A stretch of DNA of 64,000 nt, from positions 96,001-160,000 of the forward strand of contig CAVXYC010000027.1 in NCBI GenBank assembly GCA_963765765.1. The letters run 5' to 3'. The translations under genes and the position numbers were made by a program. This document shows, piece after piece, positions 1-9,643 of this stretch. Numbering within the stretch: position 1 is the stretch's first letter; each line of letters opens with the position of its first letter. Origin of the DNA: an uncultured Chloroflexia bacterium (GTDB taxonomy: Bacteria > Chloroflexota > UBA6077 > JACCZL01). Below the pieces are notes generated by a model that made no database searches, was not told the origin of the DNA, and saw nothing but the letters and a program-made list of their open reading frames with translations.

Positions 1-194
1 TAATGGAAACCAAACGAGCTTCGCACCGGATCTCGCGCGGATTACCGCTAGCCCGGCTTCGCAGACCGCGGCTCGAAGGCCCAGTGCTTTACGTGCTCTT
101 CGGTTTTACAAGCGCCGCCCGGTAGGGCGCCCAACCGGGGCTGAGCTGGGTGATGTCGGAGTACGCGGTGGTTCCACCGCCGCAGTGACGATGG

Positions 195-503
195 TCAACG
201 GTGCAATCCGTGCTCAATTGCCCACACTGCAATCTGTACGCGGGTGAAAAGTTCCAACGCCCGGAACACGTGCGTAATCTCGTTGGATACGGCTTCGGGC
301 GCTAACGCGAGTCGCGCGGCAATCTCGCGGTTCGAGAGGCCTTGAGCCACGAGTGCGGCGATGTCCTCCTGGAGTGGAGTAAGCACTCCTGGTCCATCAT
401 CGCCGGAATTCGAGGTCGGATCGGGGTCGCTCCCCATTGCGCCACTCCTCGTCACAGGCCGACTGATTTTGTCATCGGCGGGCCAGAACGGACTTCCATG
501 CAC
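195..503 (-). CDS. small LuxR/NarL-type HTH transcriptional regulator
   Basis: C-terminal LTPLQEDIAALVAQGLSNREIAARL...F-TRVQIAVWA matches the LuxR HTH pattern; true start may be downstream. Confidence 0.7.
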   Translation of the reverse strand: MHGSPFWPADDKISRPVTRSGAMGSDPDPTSNSGDDGPGVLTPLQEDIAALVAQGLSNREIAARLALAPEAVSNEITHVFRALELFTRVQIAVWAIEHGLHR

Positions 504-1013
504 GATGGCCCGGTGGCAGGCTTGACACCAGCAACGCTGCCGAATCCGAGGATCTCAAAAGCAGGTTTCATGCCTGCGAGAAATTACCGAAATTGGGCTG
601 CGCAGGGTCGCGCTTGTTTCGGACCGTTGGAGGAGCTGCCCGGGCATGCGTTGCAACCGCTTGCAGTCGCCTGCTCGCCAGTCTGATCCGTCAGGTGCGT
701 ACGGTCCCACTCGTGGAGATACTCGATATTGGCCAGGACAATCCGCACCATGACCCGGTCTTTCAGGTGCGGGCGGACCCCGTCCGAGCGCTGTGTAGCA
801 CGGTGGGCTGGAACGAATCTGTCAACTCGTTGCCAGTTCTCTTGTCGAGTTCATCCGTTCTGGATCCTTTGCGAACCGATACCAGTCGAAACGGGATTGC
901 ATGGAAGCGAGCAGATTCGCTGCCGTCCCGAGCTTGCGGATCTGGGAACGAATACCGACAGGACCGGTAATTTCCATTTGGAGCGAAGGGTGCTGCTCGC
1001 GACCGCCATCACA

Positions 1014-1700
1014 TCACGGACGGTCCAGACAGCGAACGAAATCCCCGTCGACCGGACTTCGCATCCGCTCCGTTGAGCGTGGCTTGGTCTTTACCAACGC
1101 CCGCTGTACCGCGGCGCTGAATTCCGCTTCACTTGCCGAGCCTGCCTCCAGTCCGCGCTGCTCCAGCTCGTCGGCCGTCGCACGTACCGCCGAGACCGGT
1201 GGGGCGGTGAGCTGAGTAATGGCGACGTTCCGCCGCCATACGGTCGGGCCATGTCCCAGAAACAGTGGCGGACCAACATTGGTGTCCACCGGGACCACTG
1301 GTGGTCCGCTGGCTACCCCATGCTCAGATGCAAACCGCTCTGCTTGATCGGTGACCCGCGTCAGCCGAGCCCCTTCCTGAAATGTGTGCTCGGCCTCCGC
1401 TATCGTTGGGAACACGAGGGTCGTCAGCGATCGACCATCGTCGCGCGCTGTTTCGCCGGCGTCACGCACCACGAAGAGCGTCACCGTATCGGGCCGCTCG
1501 ATCGGCGTGAAGCGAGGGAGCAAGGTCGCGGGATAGTTGCTCACCTGCCCCGACGGGATGACTTCGTATCCACACGCTTTGAACTGTTGTTCAGCAGCAT
1601 CAGGGCTAAGACTCCCCCCTCCCTGAGACGCTTCGGCGAACCGAGTTGTAGAGATTGTTGCCACGAGCGTGGCTGTTACGGCGAGTCGGTGAGCGTTCAT
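1014..1700 (-). CDS. hypothetical secreted protein
   Basis: ORF 1014..1772; internal ATG at 1700 has GAGG upstream and begins a signal-peptide-like MNAHRLAVTATLVATIS. Confidence 0.5.
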   Translation of the reverse strand: MNAHRLAVTATLVATISTTRFAEASQGGGSLSPDAAEQQFKACGYEVIPSGQVSNYPATLLPRFTPIERPDTVTLFVVRDAGETARDDGRSLTTLVFPTIAEAEHTFQEGARLTRVTDQAERFASEHGVASGPPVVPVDTNVGPPLFLGHGPTVWRRNVAITQLTAPPVSAVRATADELEQRGLEAGSASEAEFSAAVQRALVKTKPRSTERMRSPVDGDFVRCLDRP

Positions 1701-1879
1701 GGCTGACGTCCTCGGGCTGAATTTGGATGGATGCCGCTCGTCCTCCTTCCCCGAAAGGCCTGCAGAATTCATTCCGTGGTGGCGCGTCAGTGGAGGATTT
1801 CCCTCGATTTGCCATTCTCCAGGGGGAGTGGCTCCCTGGTCTCGGCTGACGACGCCATTCGGTTAATTTCCGGAGCCCC

Positions 1880-2201
1880 GTGCGCCGCGGAGGAAGCTCT
1901 CCGGAAGGCCGGGCGAGAATTGGAAGGCGTATCAGGGCTCTGCGCGCTTCCGTGGCCGAATTGGAAGCCCGAGCGCTGCCGGGCCTGACAGATGCCGACG
2001 TAGACGCTATCGAGCGATTCGCTGCCGGCGTTCGGGAACGCATGGACGTCGCTGAGCCGGATGACCGGGCATCGAATTTACGAACTGCTCCACTTGCGCG
2101 GCACGGTCCACCATGATCCCGACGGCGGCTTGCAGTTCGGGAAGAAGCGATTCAGTATTGAATGGACGGCGCTAGTCTCACTACGCATCCAAGAGCGATA
2201 G
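1880..2201 (+). pseudogene. possible C-terminal remnant of a large serine recombinase (two frameshifts)
   Basis: Joined frames read AAEEALRKAGRELE/RRIRALRASVAELEA...DVDAIERFAAGVRERMDVAEPDD/RIYELLHLRGTV..., a coiled coil plus a tail resembling LSR C-termini; no catalytic domain seen. Confidence 0.3.
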
Positions 2202-2269
2202 ATTGCAGCGCCTCTCCATCGCCATGGAAGCCCTGTCAGACTGAACAAAGCTAGACGAGGAGTCCCACA

Positions 2270-2959
2270 ATGTCGCTGTTCTGGACGAAGAACGCAGTCA
2301 AGGAAGTCGTGCGGCGGCATTGGTCGGGCCGGGCCGAGACGTTTGACCAAGGAATCACTCACGCCCCACAGTCAGCCGAGCAGCTCGAGGCATGGCAGGC
2401 GCGTATGAAAACCTGGGCTGGCGATGCGCCCATTGATGTGCTGGATATGGGCTGCGGAACAGGCTTTCTGGCTCTGGAGCTTGCCGCGCTCAGCCACCAC
2501 GTCACGGGGGCTGATTTCTCTGAGCAGATGATCGAGCGGGCTCGAGCGAAGGCGGCTGAGCGGGCGCTCGATGTGCGATTCGACGTCGCCGACGCGGAGA
2601 ATTTGCCCTATCCTGACGCCTCATTCGATCTCCTTATCGAGCGTCACGTTGTCTGGACGTTACCGGACCCGACCGGAGGACTCATCGAGTGGCATCGCGT
2701 GCTCCGACCAGGCGGGCGGCTCATCCTCATCGAAGGACAGTGGTCCAGTCCTGATGCGCCGAGCTCCCCGATGCATGCGGACTATCAGGAGATCCGCGAG
2801 ACGCTCCCGTTCTATGGCGGCGCCGCGGCAGCCGACTTGAGCCTCGCCGTGAAGATCGCGAAGTTCTCTTCGACCGCCGTCGAGCCACTCATGGATGCGG
2901 TGCTGTGGGGTGGACCAGTGGATCGCGAACGGTACGCACTCCACGCAACCAGGGGCTGA
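2270..2959 (+). CDS. class I SAM-dependent methyltransferase
   Basis: VLDMGCGTG motif I, DAENLPYPDASFD, RVLRPGGRL; GAGGAG RBS upstream. Confidence 0.9.
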   Translation: MSLFWTKNAVKEVVRRHWSGRAETFDQGITHAPQSAEQLEAWQARMKTWAGDAPIDVLDMGCGTGFLALELAALSHHVTGADFSEQMIERARAKAAERALDVRFDVADAENLPYPDASFDLLIERHVVWTLPDPTGGLIEWHRVLRPGGRLILIEGQWSSPDAPSSPMHADYQEIRETLPFYGGAAAADLSLAVKIAKFSSTAVEPLMDAVLWGGPVDRERYALHATRG

Positions 2960-2967
2960 GCCGCCAC

Positions 2968-4077
2968 TTAGTCGCGTTCTCCTGATCCTCTCCAGAGCAT
3001 TTCAAGCTGAAATGGCTGCCCTACCTCTGCAAAGCGACTGACGCGAAGGCCCAGCAGGCGAAGGGCACGATCCCGATCCCAGGCGCGCCGCATCAGGGAC
3101 GCCGCGGCGTTGGCAATAACATCCGCGTTCGCCGAAGGCGACGGGAGTCGAGTCTGGCGAACAGCATCTTCCCAATCCGCGTAGCGCAGTTTCACGGCCA
3201 CTTCCGTCGCGACCAGACCTCGCCGTTCGAGTCGTTCGGCAAGGCTTGCGGACTGATGCTGCATCGTTCGCCAGAGCTCCGCCCGATCTGATACGTCCCC
3301 AGGGAAGGTCCGCTCGGTAGAGAAGCTTTTCGGCGCTCGCACTGGCGCCAACTGCGATTCATCGAGTCCCCGGCTGTGGTCCGCGAGAATCCTGCCGTGG
3401 CGTGGGCCAAAGGAATCCTGCAGCCGATCAATGGACGCAGCCGCGATTGCGCCAACGGTCTCCAGGCCAAGGGACCGTAAGCGGTTTGCCGTTTTTGGGC
3501 CAACGCCCCAGAGTGACTCAACGGGCAGCGGCTCCAGAAAGGCCTGGACGCCATCCGGAGTCACAACGAGCACGCGGTCGGACGTGGCCTTCGCGGCTTC
3601 CGTGGCCATCTTGGCTAACAGCTTGGTGGGAGCCACGCCCACGGACACGGAGAGGCCAGTGGCGTCGCGTACGTGCGCTCGAAGACTCATAGCGGATATT
3701 GAATCGAAACCGTAAGCCTGCCAGTTCAACCATGCCTCGTCGACGGAAAGCTGCTCGAGACTATCTGTCTCTGATCTCAGCGCGGCCATCAATCGTCGTG
3801 AGTATTCACGGTAGATCTCCATGCGTGGGGGCACGAACATCGCATTTGGAGCGCGGTTGAGGGCGACCCGGCATGAGAGCCCGCTATCGATGCCGAGCGC
3901 GCGGGCGGCATCGTTCGCCGTGGTGACAACCGCCCGTGGAGACTGGCGCGGATCATGCCCGATGATTACGGGACGATCGAGACGCGCCAGCTCAGGGCGC
4001 TCGACTGCCTCCACCGCGAAGTAGAACCTGTCCGCATCGGCATGCAAAATACAACGTTGCTCTGGACCACTTGACAC
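2968..4077 (-). CDS. dinB: DNA polymerase IV (Y family)
   Basis: ILHADADRFYFAVE, SVDEAWL, SVGVAPTKLLAKMA, LWGVGPKTA, LRLLGLRVS. Confidence 0.92.
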   Translation of the reverse strand: MSSGPEQRCILHADADRFYFAVEAVERPELARLDRPVIIGHDPRQSPRAVVTTANDAARALGIDSGLSCRVALNRAPNAMFVPPRMEIYREYSRRLMAALRSETDSLEQLSVDEAWLNWQAYGFDSISAMSLRAHVRDATGLSVSVGVAPTKLLAKMATEAAKATSDRVLVVTPDGVQAFLEPLPVESLWGVGPKTANRLRSLGLETVGAIAAASIDRLQDSFGPRHGRILADHSRGLDESQLAPVRAPKSFSTERTFPGDVSDRAELWRTMQHQSASLAERLERRGLVATEVAVKLRYADWEDAVRQTRLPSPSANADVIANAAASLMRRAWDRDRALRLLGLRVSRFAEVGQPFQLEMLWRGSGERD

Positions 4078-4246
4078 GCGCGAAGTGTAGCGCCCTCAGG
4101 CGCGGAACGGCGGCGTCCGGTCGATTTCCAGACTCACGAGAATCACAACAAGTGGGTCGGTAAGAAGATTTCAGAAACACAACTGGTCAATCAGTGATCC
4201 TCTTGTGGGATGGCGAGTTTCTAACGACTTCGCCTATGCTCGCGAT

Positions 4247-4771
4247 GTGACCCATGTACTGTTACGCACCGCGCTATTGGTTGCGGTCCCTGAAGCTGAG
4301 CCCGTGGTCGGTCGGTGGCGCTCACTCTTCGATCCGAGTGCCTTGCACGGTGTCCCACCGCACGTGACTCTGATTTTCCCGTACCTCTCGTCCGATCGAT
4401 GCGATGCAAGAGCGTTGGCGGAGCTCCGCGACATTTTTCGCCGGACGGCTCCGTTTGACTTCCAGCTCACCGGGGTGGGCGAGTTTCCTGGAATCCTTTA
4501 CCTCACACCGGCTCCGCATGAGCCGTTCAGAGATTTGATTCAGACGTTAGTTGATCAATTCCCTGATGCCCCGCCCTACGGCGGGATGCATCCGACCATC
4601 ATTCCGCACCTGACGGTCGCCCACTCAAGCGACGATGCCACACGAGCTCTAATGATTGAGTCCGTGAGCGCGTCGCTGCCCATTCAATGTCTCGCGCATG
4701 AAGTCCAGCTCATGCGCGAGAACATCAATGGTGAGTGGCAGCTCAATGAGCGCTTTCCACTGGGCGGCTAG
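4247..4771 (+). CDS. 2H phosphoesterase (2'-5' RNA ligase family) protein
   Basis: Two HxT motifs (PHVTL, PHLTV); GTG at 4247 follows a TATGCT -10 box by 6 nt. Confidence 0.85.
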   Translation: MTHVLLRTALLVAVPEAEPVVGRWRSLFDPSALHGVPPHVTLIFPYLSSDRCDARALAELRDIFRRTAPFDFQLTGVGEFPGILYLTPAPHEPFRDLIQTLVDQFPDAPPYGGMHPTIIPHLTVAHSSDDATRALMIESVSASLPIQCLAHEVQLMRENINGEWQLNERFPLGG

Positions 4772-4825
4772 CGTATCGGCAGCTCGAGATACGGCCTGCC
4801 GCGATACTCGAGCTGCCGATACGCT
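4770..4825. terminator. 19-bp perfect inverted repeat between convergent genes
   Basis: AGCGTATCGGCAGCTCGAG (4770-4788) pairs with CTCGAGCTGCCGATACGCT (4807-4825); no U tract. Confidence 0.6.
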
Positions 4826-4834
4826 TGCCTGTGC

Positions 4835-5875
4835 CTACTCCAGGTAGCCTACCAGTGAATCCACATCAGGCTCCTGGCGCAAACGGAAGATTGCCTGCCG
4901 CTCGAGCTGGCGAACCCGCTCACGAGTGAGCCCCAGACTGCGACCGATGTGCGCCAACGTGTGCTCGTGGCCATCAGCCAGCCCGTATCGCAGCTCCAGG
5001 ATACGCCGCTCGCGGAGAGGTAGTCGATCTAGTAGATGCACCACGTCATCCCGCATGAGATCCTCGATGGCTTCGTCGACGGGCCCCGGATCGCCATCTT
5101 CCAGAGAGGCGCCCAACTCCTCACCGTCGTCTTCATGGCGGACCATTTCGAGACGCGCGGGCTCGCGATCGGATGCGCGTAATGCGCGCAGCGAGTCAAC
5201 AGAAATGTTGAGCTCCTTGGCGAGCTCCGCTTCAAGCGGCTCTCGCCCGAGCCGACGGTTCATGTCCTCTTCCAGCCAGGCGAGCCGCTGCTTCGCCACG
5301 TGGAGGTGGACTGGCAAGCGAATAATTCTGGAATGATCCGCTAGAGCCCTACCCACCGCCTGCATGATCCACCAACAGGCGTAAGTTGAGAACTTGAAAC
5401 CGCGGCGCTCGTCAAAGCGCTCCACGGCGCGCATGAGTCCGAAGTTGCCTTCACTCACCAGGTCCTCGAGCGAGAGTCCACGCCCCTGGTACCGCGAGGC
5501 AATTCGAACGACAAGTCGCAGGTTCGATTCGATCAAACGCTGCCGAGCCGCTTCCCCACGCGCAATGACACCCTCGAGCTCCTCGATCTTCTCGAGAGTC
5601 AGACCGGGGCCATCAAGCTGTTCCGTGGCCTGAACGCCAGCACGAATCGCCTCGGCAAGCTCCACTTCGTCGGCCTGCGTGAGAAGATTGACCTTCCCAA
5701 CTTCACGCAGATAGCTTCCGAGGCTATCCCGCATCGTGCCACGCGCTGGTGACACGGCGCCTCTTGCGCCGTCATCAGTCCAACGGCCTAATGGTCGAGC
5801 AGCCGGTTCAGACGACTCTCCGGCCAGTGAGCGCGTAACAATCTGTCGCTGTCGGGTTCGCGGATTTACAACCAT
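4835..5875 (-). CDS. sigma-70 family RNA polymerase sigma factor (RpoD/RpoS-like, lacking region 1.1)
   Basis: DSLGSYLREVGKVNLLT (1.2), LIESNLRLVV (2.1), RGFKFSTYACWWI (2.3-2.4), LGLTRERVRQLE (4.2); start uncertain. Confidence 0.9.
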   Translation of the reverse strand: MVVNPRTRQRQIVTRSLAGESSEPAARPLGRWTDDGARGAVSPARGTMRDSLGSYLREVGKVNLLTQADEVELAEAIRAGVQATEQLDGPGLTLEKIEELEGVIARGEAARQRLIESNLRLVVRIASRYQGRGLSLEDLVSEGNFGLMRAVERFDERRGFKFSTYACWWIMQAVGRALADHSRIIRLPVHLHVAKQRLAWLEEDMNRRLGREPLEAELAKELNISVDSLRALRASDREPARLEMVRHEDDGEELGASLEDGDPGPVDEAIEDLMRDDVVHLLDRLPLRERRILELRYGLADGHEHTLAHIGRSLGLTRERVRQLERQAIFRLRQEPDVDSLVGYLE

Positions 5876-5959
5876 GATTCCGTGTGACCGCCGGCTTTTG
5901 TATCGGGCGCGGTGCCTTGCGTTCGCAAGATTGTGACCGTTGAGCCAGTGAAGTCGGTA

Positions 5960-6029
5960 GAGGGGAAAACCCTGAATTCCGAACTGCCGCGTCAGGAAAA
6001 ACCTGACAGGGTTGTAGGGCACACCTGGC
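5960..6029. promoter_or_regulatory. cluster of AGG-N5-CCTG palindromic boxes upstream of the sigma factor gene
   Basis: GTCAGGAAAAACCTGAC (5991-6007, perfect 6-bp arms), TGTAGGGCACACCTGGC (6013-6029), GGGAAAACCCTGA (5963-5975). Confidence 0.45.
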
Positions 6030-6195
6030 CCGATCCTGCTGGTGAGCGCCCAATGCTCGTAGCAAGTGCATCAGCGCTATTTCGGCGATCAACACTAGCG
6101 GAGCGAGGCGGCGGGAATATGCGACAAGAGCCCACTACGAACGGATGAGCCTTGAGCTCTCGTAGCGCGCGTCGCTTCGCTGCTGGCTCACCGCG

Positions 6196-6218
6196 AAAAG
6201 CGCTTCACTGAAGCGCTC
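6196..6218 (-). terminator. putative intrinsic terminator after the response regulator
   Basis: Minus strand GAGCGCTTCAGTGAAGCGCTTTT: hairpin followed by a short U run. Confidence 0.5.
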
Positions 6219-6237
6219 ACTACATGCCCTGTGCAGC

Positions 6238-6900
6238 CTAGATGAGGCCTTGTTCCATCGCGTAGCGCACTAGAGCAGCGCGACCGCGGACGCCGAGCTT
6301 CTCCATCACTCGTGCCTTGTACGTCTCCACGGTCTTGACGCTCAGAGCCAGTTGATCGGCGATCTGCTGATTGGTGTGTCCGAGCGCAACGAGCTGCAAG
6401 ACCTCACGCTCGCGATCACTCAAGGCTGGCACCTTCACCGAAACCGCGTTGTCGTCCCCTCGCCTGAAGAGATTATTCACCACCAGACGCGTCAGCATGG
6501 GCTCGAGATAGACCTCTCCACGCGACACCGCTCGAATTGCGGAAAGCAGCTCGACGTCGGCGGCTCTCTTCAGTACGTATCCTGATGCGCCGGCTTCGAG
6601 AGCTCGGCGAAGATAGCTCTCGTCATCGTACTGACTCAAAATGAGCGCCCGTGTAGACGAGCCGTCTCGCTTGATGAGCCGAAGAGCGTCCAGGCCGCTG
6701 GTGCCAGGCATGGCGAGATCGAGCAGCACGACATCCGGCTGGAGCTCGCCAACGAGACGCACCGCCTCGGCACCGTCCGAAGCCTCGCCAACGACGTCCA
6801 TGTCCTGCTGCGCTCCGAGGAGCATGCGCAGGCCAGACCGTAAAATGGCGTGGTCATCCACGATGAGCACGCGAATCACGCGAGGAGGGCTGATACTCAT
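6238..6900 (-). CDS. NarL/NreC-like response regulator (REC + LuxR HTH)
   Basis: VDDHAILRSGL, LLDLAMPG, GYVLK, LSDREREVL...SVKTVETYKARVMEKLG. Confidence 0.93.
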   Translation of the reverse strand: MSISPPRVIRVLIVDDHAILRSGLRMLLGAQQDMDVVGEASDGAEAVRLVGELQPDVVLLDLAMPGTSGLDALRLIKRDGSSTRALILSQYDDESYLRRALEAGASGYVLKRAADVELLSAIRAVSRGEVYLEPMLTRLVVNNLFRRGDDNAVSVKVPALSDREREVLQLVALGHTNQQIADQLALSVKTVETYKARVMEKLGVRGRAALVRYAMEQGLI

Positions 6901-8558
6901 TAGACGGCCTTGGCGCGGGATTCGATCGGCGTCTCGACAAACACCGAGGCACCGCTGCCGGGCGTGGACTCGATGGTCAGCTTTGCCCCTACCAATGTCG
7001 CTCGCTCGTGCATCCCGTATAGACCTAGGGAGCGATCGCGCATGGAGGAATCGAGCATCTGATCCACGTTGAAGCCTTTACCGTTGTCCTCCACGATCGC
7101 GATGATGGAGTCGGCGCGGCGCTCCAGCACGACGCTGGCCTCTGTCGCCTCGGAATGCCGGACGACATTGGTGAGTGCCTCCTGGATGATGCGGTACATG
7201 GCCGTCTCACGCTCCGGAGCCAACCGCGTATCCTCCATCCCGGCAACGTGAAAGTCAACGTCCAGGCCGCGCTGGGAGAGCGAGCGACAATAGCGTCCGA
7301 CCGCGGCTACCAGGCCGAGATCGTCAAGGACGCTCGGTCGCAGCTCAAATGCGAGCGTGTGGACGGCGCGAATCGTACTGGCGGCCAGCTCGCGCAGCTC
7401 GGCGGCATGCGCCCGCATGCGATCCTGATCGGGCGTTCCCTCGAGCAGCTTCAGGCCAACGGCGAGCGATGTGAGCATTTGACTGGTCTCATCGTGAAGC
7501 TCGCGGGCGATGCGCTTGCGCTCCTCTTCCTGTGCGCTGATGACCTTTTGCAGAAGCCCCGCGCGAACTTGCTCCTTCTCCTGGAGCTGCTCCCAGAGCT
7601 GCGCCTTCTCAATGGCCATCCCGATTTGATTACCCACAGCCTGGAGCAGCCGCTGATCTTCCGCCGAGGGCGCGTTCTCTCTCTGCCCTGCCAGGGCCAT
7701 GACGCCCAGAGTCCGCTCACTCGCCACGAGCGGAACTGTCAGCAGAACTCGGAGAGCAATCTCCCGCATCCCGAATTGGCCGGATTTGAGCGTTTCCGAG
7801 GCGCGCTCACCCAGCTCCCAGGCCTCGGTATCCTCCACTGACGTTGACAGCGGCGAGCGACGCGCGGTTGCGCTCACCAATCGATCAACACCATCGCCGA
7901 TGTAAACCCGTCCATGATCCAGGTTCATCACCGAAAGCACGGCACGCAACGCTTCATCCAGGGCGTCGCGCAGGTACGGGGATCGATTCACGATCAGAGC
8001 AATGGCGTTGAGCGTTGAGAGCTCCTGGTTACGGCGGACGACCTCCGCGTGTGAGCGCTGAAGCTCGACCTGAGACCGCTGAAGCGACTCGATCATGCCG
8101 TTGAACGCTCCAGAGAGGCGGCCAATCTCATCGCGAGTACGAATCCGTGCGCGCAAAGACAGGTTGCCTCGCCCTGCTGCGTCTACAACGTCAACCAGCT
8201 CTTTGATTGGCTGTGTCAGGAGATAAGTGAGCACCGTGGCCGCCGCTATTCCGATCAGCCCAGTGCCAATCGTTGCGACCACTACGCCTCGCGATACGAG
8301 CTCTGTCACTTGTGCCGCTTGAGCTTCAGGAAGCGTTTCCAGCTCGGATACCAGGGACGAGCGCATGCTCATGAGCATGCTCAATCCGAGGAGCAACACG
8401 ATTGCCAGCACCATGCCCATAATCTTGAGCCGGACGGGGACCGCTCCGGCCACGCCGAGAAAGATCTCGAGCGGCTCAGGAAGTGAGACGTTAGCCGACG
8501 TAGCGGGCTTGGTCGCGAGCTCTTCTGATGCCCCCTCGCGCAGGACCTGCACGCCCAT
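6900..8558 (-). CDS. sensor histidine kinase (2 TM, HAMP, GAF, HisKA_3, HATPase)
   Basis: ERKRIARELHDETSQ H-box, QEALTNVVRHS, DNGKGF, LGLYGMHER; start uncertain (ORF extends to 8666). Confidence 0.92.
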   Translation of the reverse strand: MGVQVLREGASEELATKPATSANVSLPEPLEIFLGVAGAVPVRLKIMGMVLAIVLLLGLSMLMSMRSSLVSELETLPEAQAAQVTELVSRGVVVATIGTGLIGIAAATVLTYLLTQPIKELVDVVDAAGRGNLSLRARIRTRDEIGRLSGAFNGMIESLQRSQVELQRSHAEVVRRNQELSTLNAIALIVNRSPYLRDALDEALRAVLSVMNLDHGRVYIGDGVDRLVSATARRSPLSTSVEDTEAWELGERASETLKSGQFGMREIALRVLLTVPLVASERTLGVMALAGQRENAPSAEDQRLLQAVGNQIGMAIEKAQLWEQLQEKEQVRAGLLQKVISAQEEERKRIARELHDETSQMLTSLAVGLKLLEGTPDQDRMRAHAAELRELAASTIRAVHTLAFELRPSVLDDLGLVAAVGRYCRSLSQRGLDVDFHVAGMEDTRLAPERETAMYRIIQEALTNVVRHSEATEASVVLERRADSIIAIVEDNGKGFNVDQMLDSSMRDRSLGLYGMHERATLVGAKLTIESTPGSGASVFVETPIESRAKAV

Positions 8559-8677
8559 ATGGATCAAAAAAGTGTACCACGCAAGTGCGAGGGACCGTGT
8601 TTTCACGCCGTCGTAATCGCGGTGGGTGTGGATCTGCACACGCGCAGCCGAAAGGATTTGGTGCACTGGGGGACGAG

Positions 8678-9190
8678 ATGATTGACTCGGGCCTGTTGGT
8701 GCTACGGCTTGGGCTGGGCGGCTCGTTGATGGCTCACGGAGGTCAGAAGCTCTTTGGCTGGTTCAATGGGCCGGGACCAGAAGGAGCTGGACACTGGCTC
8801 GAATCGCTCGGACTTAGACCAGGGCGCCCCTGGGCCATCCTGGCTGGCTTATCGGAATTCGCCGGCGGTGGAATGACTGCGCTGGGACTCTTACATCCGC
8901 TGGGGTCACTGGCAATCCTCCGCTCAATGATCATGTCTTCAGTAAGGGCGCACGCTGGCCGACCGATATGGGTGACGGAGGGTGGCGCTGAGCTTCCCTT
9001 GACGAATTCGATCATAGCCGCCTCACTGCTCCTTACGGGCCCTGGCCGGTTATCAGTCGATCGCGCCCTGGGGCTTCGGATGTCACCAATTTCGGAGGGG
9101 CTATTAGTTCTCCTCGGGGCCGGCGCTCTGGTCTTCGGTTTCCAGCCGTCCACGGCACTCACGACTACCAACGCTAGTAAGTCCCATTGA
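8678..9190 (+). CDS. DoxX family membrane protein
   Basis: LLVLRLGLGGSLMAHGGQKLFGWF, SEFAGG, GGAELPL, GPGRLSVD. Confidence 0.9.
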   Translation: MIDSGLLVLRLGLGGSLMAHGGQKLFGWFNGPGPEGAGHWLESLGLRPGRPWAILAGLSEFAGGGMTALGLLHPLGSLAILRSMIMSSVRAHAGRPIWVTEGGAELPLTNSIIAASLLLTGPGRLSVDRALGLRMSPISEGLLVLLGAGALVFGFQPSTALTTTNASKSH

Positions 9191-9278
9191 TAGCTCAGTC
9201 GACGTGAAACGGCTCTGATCTGTAGTACGCGCCAGCCGTACAATCTCCGCAGCGGCCCGCTGATGGAGGTCCTTACAC

Positions 9279-9641
9279 TTGGCGCTCATTCTTTATGTAA
9301 GTACGTTCGGGTCTGATGATCCAACTCGGGCAACTCTGGCATTTGGCGACGCCCTCGGAGCGATTGAGGCGGGTCACCAGGCGATGATCGCCTTGGCCGG
9401 CGAAGCGACCTACCTTATGAAGGACAGCGTCGCGGCGGCCGTACAGGGCGTGGGTTGGCCAACCGTGCGTGAGCTGCTCGAGAAGGTCATCGAGCACAAG
9501 ATCCCCATCTATGTTTGAGGCACCTGCAGTGGCGCCCGTGGGGTGTCTGAGACGGACCTGACCGGTAAGAACGCGCAGTTCATGAACCCAAAGCTTTTCG
9601 CCAATCTGGTTGTTCAGGCGGATCGGGTGGTTAGCCTGTAA
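9279..9641 (+). CDS. DsrE/DsrF-like selenoprotein (UxxC; in-frame TGA at 9516-9518 read as Sec)
   Basis: GGAGG RBS then TTG; DsrE-like sequence continues past TGA: IPIYV-U-GTCSGARGV...NLVVQADRVVSL-TAA (120 aa); hairpin 12 nt after the TGA. Confidence 0.85.
9531..9547 (+). promoter_or_regulatory. candidate bacterial SECIS hairpin
   Basis: GGCGCCC-GUG-GGGUGUC, 7-bp stem with two G-U pairs, GU in the apical loop, loop starts 19 nt after the UGA. Confidence 0.65.
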
Positions 9642-9643
9642 CG

